A stretch of 10,479 nt of DNA from Methanomicrobiales archaeon. GTDB lineage: Archaea; Halobacteriota; Methanomicrobia; Methanomicrobiales; Methanospirillaceae. Where the stretch lies: contig JBAXJR010000064.1 in the NCBI GenBank assembly GCA_037137755.1, forward strand, positions 1 through 10,479, written 5' to 3'. Below, piece by piece: positions 1-6,991 of this stretch (positions are counted from its first letter, which is position 1; every line of letters begins with the position of its first letter). A program made the position numbers and the translations under genes. The notes beneath the pieces were generated by a model, which was given only the letters and a program-made list of their open reading frames with translations, ran no database searches and had not been told where the DNA came from.

Positions 1-1173
1 CTCGGCGGAAAGACCCCCCTGCAGACCGCACGCACCCCGGTCCTTGACCGCATTGCCAGGGAGGGTATTTGTGGTATTATGGATACCATCGGACCGGGGA
101 TCAGGCCGGGTTCTGACACCGCACACCTTGCCCTGCTTGGGTATCCACCGGAGCAGTACTATACCGGTCGCGGGCCCCTCGAGGCGGAAGGGAGCGGGAT
201 CCACATGAAACCCGGGATGATAGGGTTCCGCTGTAATTATGCCACCATCGACCCGGATGGCAAGGTAACCGACAGGAGAGCGGGGAGGATCCACGATACG
301 GATGCCCTGAGCAAGGCAGTCCAGGAACAGGTCGACCTCTCCCGGTTCGGCGTCGAATTTGTCTTCCGTTCGGGAGCAGGCCACCGTGCAGCCCTGGCCC
401 TTTCCGGGGAAGGACTCGGCGAGTGTGTCTCCTCGAATGACCCGAAAAAAGAAGGTGTTGTCCCGCCGGAGTTCGAAGCGCTCCGTGACCGCCCAGCGGA
501 TGAAAAGACGGCATTCGTGCTGAACGAATTTGCCGCACAGGCAACACGGGTCCTTTCGAACCACCCGGTCAACAAAGAACGGCTCGCACAGGGCTTTCCC
601 CAGGCAAATGTTGTGCTAATCCGTGGCGGAGGGGAGATGGGGCATTTTGAACCGTTTAACGAACGGTATGGCCTTTCAGGGAGCGTGATATCTGCTGCAT
701 CTCTCATAAGCGGTATCGGAAAAGTCGTCGGCCTCAGGCATGTCCCTGTCCCGGGTACAACAGGATCGATAAATTCTGACCTTGATGCCAAAGTGGCTGC
801 TACGATACGGGAGTTACAGGAACAGGACTTTGTGCTGGTCAATATCAAGGGGGCAGACGAAGCAGGCCACGATGGCCATGCAAGAGAAAAATCTGCCTTT
901 ATCGAACGGATCGATGCAGCAATTGCACCCCTGACCGAGGTTGCGGACTGCCTGCTGGTCGTGTGTGCAGACCACAGCACACCCTGCACAATAAAAGATC
1001 ACAGTGCGGACCCCGTCCCGGTCGTGATCCGGGGCGACGGAGTCAGGGTTGACCGGGTGAGCCATTTTGATGAGTATGCCGTTGCAGAAGGGGGACTGCA
1101 CCGGATCCACGGGTGTGACCTGATGCCGATCATCGAAGACCTGATCAACAAGGCGCACAAATATGGAGCATAA
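1..1173 (+). CDS. apgM: 2,3-bisphosphoglycerate-independent phosphoglycerate mutase, archaeal type (5' end outside window)
   Basis: Frame is open from base 1 (LGGKTPLQTARTPVLDRIAREGICGIMD...), so ATG 79 is internal. Family motifs: KTPLQTA, catalytic Ser in PGSDTAHL, YTGRGPLEA, FRCN, DRRAGRI, metal ligands KGADEAGHDG, ADHSTP and HSADPVP. Stop TAA at 1171-1173. Confidence 0.95.
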   Translation, partial: LGGKTPLQTARTPVLDRIAREGICGIMDTIGPGIRPGSDTAHLALLGYPPEQYYTGRGPLEAEGSGIHMKPGMIGFRCNYATIDPDGKVTDRRAGRIHDTDALSKAVQEQVDLSRFGVEFVFRSGAGHRAALALSGEGLGECVSSNDPKKEGVVPPEFEALRDRPADEKTAFVLNEFAAQATRVLSNHPVNKERLAQGFPQANVVLIRGGGEMGHFEPFNERYGLSGSVISAASLISGIGKVVGLRHVPVPGTTGSINSDLDAKVAATIRELQEQDFVLVNIKGADEAGHDGHAREKSAFIERIDAAIAPLTEVADCLLVVCADHSTPCTIKDHSADPVPVVIRGDGVRVDRVSHFDEYAVAEGGLHRIHGCDLMPIIEDLINKAHKYGA

Positions 1174-1191
1174 CAAGGGCGGTGCTGTTCA

Positions 1192-2031
1192 TTGAAAGCA
1201 GAATTAATTCTTGGAATCGAGGGCTTCAGGTTCGTGGAACCTACGTTTGCTGACCTTTCAGACGACCTGTGGACTGATATCCTGATCGCGGCGCTGGGGG
1301 ACCAGGGGAGGCTCCTCGTAGATGAAAAAGATGACCCCATTGCGTTTGCCATCGGGGACGGGTTCCGCTGGAACGTGGGATCGTTCCTTGCACGAAAACC
1401 AAACGCAGCCCTGATTGAGCGGTTTGAAGAGACCGCAGGGGAGATCTGGCAGGAAAAACGTGAAGTCTGGGCCGAGGCGGTCAGGGAATATTACAGTATC
1501 GAAATCATGAACACCATCGGGCCCGCACTGGAGGACCAGAACCCGGACCGGCAGGCGATGGTGAACGATTTGCTCGCCTATATCTGGGGCAGCGAGGAAC
1601 CGGGCGCATGCCTTGACTGCTGCTGCGGGTCTGGTATCGGGGCCGTTGCGCTACGGAAACTGGGGTTCCTGCCTCATTCGTACGATAACGATGCCTCGCT
1701 CCTTTCGCTCGGGTTTTCAAAACAGCGCCTCATCCCTGAACAGACGATGCTGATCGACGCGACGATTGCCAGCCAGTATACCGGCACTGCACCGTACGGT
1801 CTGGGGCTGATGTTTGGCGATATCAACAATTTCACCGAGGCACTCTGGGAACAGATTACCGTCGAACTGATCTCACTGAGCAGCACCACCCTGATCACGG
1901 TAAGCACAGAAAAAGAAGCAAGAGTTGTCGAGGAATGGGTGAAGTCCCGCGGCAGGTCGGTCCGGGTCTTTGAGAACAAACGTGACCCGATCTATGACCA
2001 CTGGGTCCTCGATATCAGGCGGAAGAAATAA
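1192..2031 (+). CDS. Uncharacterised protein with class I SAM-dependent methyltransferase-like C-terminal domain
   Basis: 279-aa ORF starting 18 bp after apgM. TTG start preceded by GGCGGTG. Motif I-like LDCCCGSGIG, then an acidic residue at the end of strand 2 (SYDND) and a motif III-like IDAT. Substrate unknown, start codon uncertain. Confidence 0.7.
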   Translation: MKAELILGIEGFRFVEPTFADLSDDLWTDILIAALGDQGRLLVDEKDDPIAFAIGDGFRWNVGSFLARKPNAALIERFEETAGEIWQEKREVWAEAVREYYSIEIMNTIGPALEDQNPDRQAMVNDLLAYIWGSEEPGACLDCCCGSGIGAVALRKLGFLPHSYDNDASLLSLGFSKQRLIPEQTMLIDATIASQYTGTAPYGLGLMFGDINNFTEALWEQITVELISLSSTTLITVSTEKEARVVEEWVKSRGRSVRVFENKRDPIYDHWVLDIRRKK

Positions 2032-2046
2032 GGTTGTCGTCCGGAT

Positions 2047-2574
2047 ATGAACACTTCAGATGATGGGACAATCACGGATAAACAGGAAAACAACAACTCA
2101 TTGGTTATCTTCCTGCCATCGCCAAGACTGAAACTCATCTACCTGACCTATCTCTTCTTCGGAGTCTGGGTATTCATCATGCCATGCCTGATGGCGATCA
2201 GCGTAATGTACCCGCCCTCTGCCAGCCTGCCCGTTTCCGTCGCAGCATTACTGGTCGTACTGCTTGCACTCACCTGGACCAGGAAATACTACAGTTCCAT
2301 CAGCTACCATTTCACAGCAGGGCAGATAACCCGTTACAACGGGGTACTGTTAAAAAGAAAAACATGCATCTCCTGTGACCAGGTCCACAGGATAAGCGCC
2401 CGGAGGGGGCCGTTCCAGCGCCTTTTCGGTTTCGCCACCGTCGACCTGCTGACATCAGATCCCACCGTATCATCTGGCAGCCGAATCCTCATGTCAATCA
2501 ATGGCGTAGAAAAGCCCGATGCACTTGAGGAAATGATAGATTCCTGCAGGGCGGGTAAATCCGGGAACAATTAA
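2047..2574 (+). CDS. Membrane protein with bacterial-type PH domain (YdbS/bPH_2-like)
   Basis: 175 aa with two hydrophobic N-terminal helices, followed by YHFT..ITRYNGVLLKRKTCISCDQVHRISARRGPFQRLFGFATVDL, which fits the bPH_2 pattern (Y....G......I....V..I....GP.QRLFG...V). Begins 15 bp after the upstream stop. Confidence 0.8.
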   Translation: MNTSDDGTITDKQENNNSLVIFLPSPRLKLIYLTYLFFGVWVFIMPCLMAISVMYPPSASLPVSVAALLVVLLALTWTRKYYSSISYHFTAGQITRYNGVLLKRKTCISCDQVHRISARRGPFQRLFGFATVDLLTSDPTVSSGSRILMSINGVEKPDALEEMIDSCRAGKSGNN

Positions 2575-3598
2575 TCCCGCTCACAGCATGGGCCGGGAAG
2601 CAGTTTTTCCCCTTGGCACCCCGTCAGTTTCATCCGATGAATTTTGAAATAGGATCGGTTTTTGTACATATCTCGAGAATTCCGCAGTAAAAACGTCCCT
2701 AAATGGAGAGAACTACAGCCGGGACGACTGAAACCTGTCCCCTGCATACGGAACCCGGTGAAGGATAAGAAACTATCTGGATAGCGCCACACCGGTCCAC
2801 CAGGACTAAAAAGATGTTCGCAGGCTGGAATGATTGGGAGATAACAAAGTTAATGTATTTGCACCACCATTTAACAAAGACACGATTCCGGGTATCGTCA
2901 AATAATCCGGAACAGCCTGCCGGGAAATAAAGTGCAGGAATAACGCCGGCGAGGGTAGCATTCCCGTTCGTTCAGTACCGGCACCAGGAACGCAGACTGA
3001 AAATGTCACGAAGCGGTCTAGATGATCCACGGATTCGTGGTGATGGCCCATTACCAGGAAGCCCTTCACCGGACAGGGGGTAATTACCCTTGGCGATGTC
3101 CGGGGGAACTTCGCCAATACAGCGAAATGGGCTCGCCACCAGGTTACCGGGAGCGCCGGACATAGGGTAAGAGAGATCCAGGGGAATACGAAGAATCCTG
3201 ATCTCCTGGTTACCCGGCCTGCAACTCGATAGATGCCGATGTTACTGGTGGACAAAAAAACGGAAAAAAACGTGGGAGCTGCCCCTGGCTTTGTGGATGC
3301 CGGAATACGAGATCGTTCATATCCCGCATATTTCGGAATAATTGACAGGCTGCAATTATCCCAAAAGAACGGGTCGTGCAAGACGACGGGTCCGGGTCAC
3401 GGGGCCTGTATAGAAAACAAGGTATTCCGGAAAGGACCAGCACGGGGTGCGGTTACCGGATGATTTCCCGGTATATTTCCATTGGATGTGGCCGATATCA
3501 GACCCAGCCAATCCGGACAAAGAATCACGGGGATAACGGGATAGCATAACAGCCGGGAAATAATTCCCGCAGAGAAATCAATTCAGACAAAAAAATTC

Positions 3599-3605
3599 AG
3601 GAGAT
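3599..3605 (+). promoter_or_regulatory. Shine-Dalgarno-like site for rnj
   Basis: AGGAGAT ending 9 nt before the ATG at 3615. Confidence 0.6.
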
Positions 3606-3614
3606 ACAACACAA

Positions 3615-4952
3615 ATGGAAGTAGAAATTATCGCAGTAGGCGGATACGATGAGGTCGGGAGGAACATGACCGCCGTCCGCTGTGGAAAGGAAATTGTCAT
3701 TTTTGACATGGGACTCCGCCTGGACCAGCTGATGATCCACGAGGACGCGGAGGTCGAAGAGATGCATTCCCTTGACCTGATTAAGATCAAGGCAATTCCT
3801 GACGACACCGTAATGCAGACAGTCGAAGGCACGGTAAAGGCCATCGTCTGCTCGCACGGGCACCTGGACCATATCGGGGCCATCCCGAAACTTGCACACC
3901 GGTACAACTGTCCCATCATTGCGACCCCCTATGCAACAGAGCTGATCCGCCAGCAGATTTCCGGAGAGAAGAAATTTGTCGTGAACAACAAGCTCTACGC
4001 GCTCAGCGCAGGGCAGAAGTACACGATCTCGCAGAACCTTGTGCTTGAATTCGTGCACACACAGCACTCGATCATTGATACCGTCACCCCGGTGCTTCAC
4101 ACACCGCACGGTGCGATCGTCTATGCCTGTGACTTCAAGTTCGACCGGACGCCGGTCATTGGCAAACCGCCGGATTTTGCCCGGTTCCGCCAGATCGGCA
4201 AGGAAGGAGTGCTGGCCCTTATCGTGGAAAGTACCTATATCCACCGTTCAGGACGGAGCCCCAGCGAGCGGATCGCCCGCGACCTGGTGCGGGACGTCAT
4301 CACCAGTTTCGAAGACGACAAGAATGCGATCATTGTATCGACGTTCTCATCACACATATCGAGGGTGAAGACCATTGCGGAATGTGCCCACGAGATCGGC
4401 AGGAAGCCGGTCTTCCTCGGGCGCTCGATGGAGAAATATTCCGTTACCGCAGAACAGATGAAATATGTCTCGTTCCCCCAGACGGCTAGCGTATTCGGGA
4501 ACCGGAGGACCGTCGACCGCATGATGCGACGGATGATGAAGGAGGGAAAGGAGAAGTTCCTGCCGATCATTACCGGCCACCAGGGAGAACCCGGGTCTAT
4601 CCTCACCCGTGTAGCGCTCGGTGACACGCCGTACCAGCTGACTCCCGGCGATAAGGTGCTCTTCTCGGCAAATGTCATCCCGAACCCGATGAATGTCGGG
4701 CAGCGGTACCGGATCGAGCAGTACCTCCTGAAAGCAGGCGCCAGGATATTCGAGGACCTGCACGTAAGCGGTCACGCCTACCGGGAAGACCACTACGAGT
4801 TTATCCAGATGCTCAAACCACAGCATATCATCCCTGCCCACGGAGACCTGAAAATGGCGGCAGGTTATGCCGAGTTTGCCGGGGATCTTGGATACACGGC
4901 CAACAAAGATGTCCACCCGATGCGGAACGGGCAGAAACTCATGATCAACTGA
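3615..4952 (+). CDS. rnj: Archaeal ribonuclease J (beta-CASP metallo-beta-lactamase 5'-3' exoribonuclease)
   Basis: 445 aa. N-terminal GGYDEVGRNMT, motif 1 FDMG, motif 2 SHGHLDH (HxHxDH), motif 3 HSI, motif 4 DFKFD, beta-CASP motifs VEST, HVSGHA and PAHG, plus FSSHISR and TGHQGEP. Lacks the bacterial C-terminal dimerisation domain, as expected for aRNase J. Confidence 0.95.
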   Translation: MEVEIIAVGGYDEVGRNMTAVRCGKEIVIFDMGLRLDQLMIHEDAEVEEMHSLDLIKIKAIPDDTVMQTVEGTVKAIVCSHGHLDHIGAIPKLAHRYNCPIIATPYATELIRQQISGEKKFVVNNKLYALSAGQKYTISQNLVLEFVHTQHSIIDTVTPVLHTPHGAIVYACDFKFDRTPVIGKPPDFARFRQIGKEGVLALIVESTYIHRSGRSPSERIARDLVRDVITSFEDDKNAIIVSTFSSHISRVKTIAECAHEIGRKPVFLGRSMEKYSVTAEQMKYVSFPQTASVFGNRRTVDRMMRRMMKEGKEKFLPIITGHQGEPGSILTRVALGDTPYQLTPGDKVLFSANVIPNPMNVGQRYRIEQYLLKAGARIFEDLHVSGHAYREDHYEFIQMLKPQHIIPAHGDLKMAAGYAEFAGDLGYTANKDVHPMRNGQKLMIN

Positions 4953-5052
4953 TAGCCATTCTATTCCCGGTGGCAGCCATACAATAACCAGGTCGTGCAC
5001 AAGGGGTTAGTGCCCGGTCAACCGTCCGGGTTTCAATCTCAACCCACCTCAT

Positions 5053-5080
5053 TTTTCCGGGAAAACCTTTTTTTTTGTTT
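5053..5080 (+). terminator. Probable oligo-T terminator of rnj
   Basis: T9 tract (5068-5076) plus GTTT about 115 bp after the rnj stop, preceded by the palindrome TTTTCC-G-GGAAAA (5053-5065). Archaeal termination typically occurs at U-tracts. Confidence 0.5.
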
Positions 5081-5121
5081 AGATTCCAGCTGGTATTGAC
5101 CAGGGAGGATCGTAACGATTC

Positions 5122-5129
5122 AAAAAAAA
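5122..5129 (-). terminator. Probable oligo-T terminator of the antiporter gene
   Basis: A8 on + (T8 on -) about 55 bp downstream of the antiporter stop, facing the rnj T-tract. Confidence 0.45.
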
Positions 5130-5184
5130 GAGGCTTGACCGCAATGAAGAGCGAATAGGCCACCTTATGGCATACCAGCGTTAC

Positions 5185-6393
5185 TCACTTACAGGGGTAG
5201 TCGTCATTCGCATCGGTTGTGCCCGATTCCCCCTTGTACAACCAGTTCCGGTAAATAATTGGCGTGATGATGGTTGTGACCAGGCTCATCAGGACAAGTG
5301 CCACGTAGATATTCTGGTCGATGATCCCCTGCTGGAGCCCGATCAGTGCCACGATCATCGCAACCTCACCCCTCGGCGCCATACCAAACCCGACAATAAG
5401 GGAATCTTTTGTTGACATTCCCATTAGTTTCGCTGGCAATCCGCATCCGACAAGTTTTGTGACAATAGCTACGACGATGAGTACAACGAGGAAGACGACG
5501 ATTCCCGGCGTCAGTTGCCTGAAATCGGCAAGCACCCCAAGCGAAACGAAAAATATGGATGCAAAAATTATCTGGAGATATTCTGCACCCTCCTTGATAT
5601 CCCGGCAGTGCCTGAGCCGGACTCCCTCGAATGATACACCTGCGATGAAAGCCCCGACAATCGCAGATAACCCCGTCAGTTCTGCCATCATCGCGTAGAA
5701 AAACGCCATCATCATCGCAAAAATAAACAAAAATTCGGGGTATCTTTTGGCAAAGCGGGACTTATCGAAGCGCTCCATGTAGCGGCTCACGACGAAGATA
5801 CCAAATGCCCCGGCAAGGACAATAAACGCGATTGATTTTATTACCACGAGGGCAATCCCCTGTGGAGAAAATACTCCTTCGACGACTTCCGAGCTCACTG
5901 AGAGTGCGAGAAGAGACAGTACGTCATCTATGACAGCCGCCCCGATAATCGCCATTGCGGCTTTTGTCTGGAGTTTTCCCATCTCCCGGAGGACGTTTGC
6001 CGTAATTGCGATGCTTGTTGCGGTGAGCGCGGTCCCGATGAAAATCGCACTCGACGTATCAAACCCGAATGCAATAGAGATCCCATATCCACCAATCCAT
6101 GGTACAATCACCCCGACTGCTGCAATCACCCCGTTGCGTATTCCGACGATGTCCTGGATCTTGAATTCAAGACCGATAACAAAGAGCAGGATTACGGCCC
6201 CGAGATTCGCAAGACCTGCCACGAAATCCGAGTAGGTAATAAGCCCGAGCACACTCGGGCCGACAACGATTCCGACAAGGATCAGCCCGATCACGGCAGA
6301 CTGGTTGATGCGCGAAGCAACGAGGTACCCGGCCAGGGCCACAAAAAGTAACAGGCTCATCTGGAAAACCGGCTGCATCAGGATATTTTCCAT
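5185..6393 (-). CDS. CPA2-family cation/H+ antiporter, NapA-like (membrane domain only)
   Basis: 402 aa, very hydrophobic (about 12-13 TM). Motifs GIVVGPSVLG, LLFVIGLE, ALTATSIAIT, GAAVIDDV (D156-D157), GAFIAG, FFVSLG, VTKLVG (K313) and GMAPRGEV. No C-terminal KTN/TrkA domain. Confidence 0.92.
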   Translation of the reverse strand: MENILMQPVFQMSLLLFVALAGYLVASRINQSAVIGLILVGIVVGPSVLGLITYSDFVAGLANLGAVILLFVIGLEFKIQDIVGIRNGVIAAVGVIVPWIGGYGISIAFGFDTSSAIFIGTALTATSIAITANVLREMGKLQTKAAMAIIGAAVIDDVLSLLALSVSSEVVEGVFSPQGIALVVIKSIAFIVLAGAFGIFVVSRYMERFDKSRFAKRYPEFLFIFAMMMAFFYAMMAELTGLSAIVGAFIAGVSFEGVRLRHCRDIKEGAEYLQIIFASIFFVSLGVLADFRQLTPGIVVFLVVLIVVAIVTKLVGCGLPAKLMGMSTKDSLIVGFGMAPRGEVAMIVALIGLQQGIIDQNIYVALVLMSLVTTIITPIIYRNWLYKGESGTTDANDDYPCK

Positions 6394-6417
6394 CTAATAA
6401 TAAAAAGGAAAGCAGAA

Positions 6418-6433
6418 CAGAATAACCCTTTCT
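6418..6433 (-). promoter_or_regulatory. Possible BRE/TATA promoter of the antiporter
   Basis: Minus strand reads AGAAAGGG-TTATTCTG, a purine-rich BRE-like stretch plus a weak TATA starting 32 nt before the ATG. No SD precedes the ATG. Confidence 0.3.
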
Positions 6434-6911
6434 GATAATCATTTGTATCCAGATACCAGGGTCACCGTTTTTCATATTTGGTTAACAGCCGGGTGTGACC
6501 GAAGGCAGACGCATCGTATCAATAAACAACAGATTGGCGGTTTATTGGAAGACCGGGTCAGAGATGAAGACCCCGGGGGCTGAATAAAAATAAAGGGTTG
6601 GATGTAAATGGGGGTATGGATCAGCCGGGTTCGTGGAGAGAGAGGTTGTGACGGTCGATGAGTTTGTGGAGACCAGGGGGTCCTCCCAGAACTTCAACCT
6701 GTTGTCGCGGTATTACGTGAGCTGATTCATGAGATGGTACCAGACATCACAGGGGAAATACCGTATGGGATACCAGCATTCAGGGCCAAACGAATAGTTG
6801 CGGTCATTTAGCCCGAAAAAGAAAGATATTCTGTTTGCCTTTTCCCACGGTGCAGAATTCGAAGATACCTATAGTTTGTTACAGGGTGAGGGAAACATAT
6901 CAAAACATGTC

Positions 6912-6939
6912 AAAATAAAAAATATGGCCTTAATAAAAA
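6912..6939 (-). terminator. T-rich tracts, probable terminator of the helicase operon
   Basis: Minus strand TTTTTATT..TATTTTTTATTTT, 50-80 bp after the helicase stop. Confidence 0.4.
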
Positions 6940-6991
6940 GGGACGCACTACGTTACTAGATCAGGCAGGCCCTGGAATTCGACGTTTAGGA

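Noticed and set aside
79-81. ATG 79 as the apgM start
   Set aside because: The frame is open to base 1 with conserved ApgM sequence (KTPLQTA), so the real start is upstream of the window.
101-1352. Antisense ORFs over apgM (101-547, 237-989, 814-1176, 999-1352)
   Set aside because: Shadow frames of a well-supported gene with no recognisable motifs.
3090-3140. Fluoride (crcB) riboswitch suggested by GGCGATG...TTCGCCA
   Set aside because: The loop is too long, the downstream GCTRATGAC-type pseudoknot segment is missing, and there is no adjacent fluoride-related gene.
2940-3250. RNase P RNA or SRP RNA
   Set aside because: No GAGGAAAGUCC / AACAGAA..GGCUUA P4 pair and no SRP helix 8 (CCAGG..GGAA..AGCA) arrangement found on either strand.
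2806-3381. 191-aa minus-strand ORF and the smaller ORFs in the gap (including 3233-3463 on +)
   Set aside because: Non-ATG start for the long ORF, no clear SD, no domain-like pattern and atypical composition. Not excluded without a homology search, but unsupported.
2833-3463. + frame interrupted by TAA/TGA/TGA/TAG as a pseudogene or Sec/Pyl readthrough protein
   Set aside because: Mixed stop types including TAA, no recognisable homology, and no SECIS-like element identified.
3578-5000. Long alternative ORFs over rnj (3597-4244, 4350-5000, 4235-4678 etc.)
   Set aside because: Antisense or out-of-frame shadows arising from codon bias of the real gene.
2575-6991. CRISPR array, IS element or tRNA in the intergenic gaps
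   Set aside because: No regularly spaced 25-40 bp repeats, no transposase or long terminal inverted repeats, and no cloverleaf with T-loop consensus seen.
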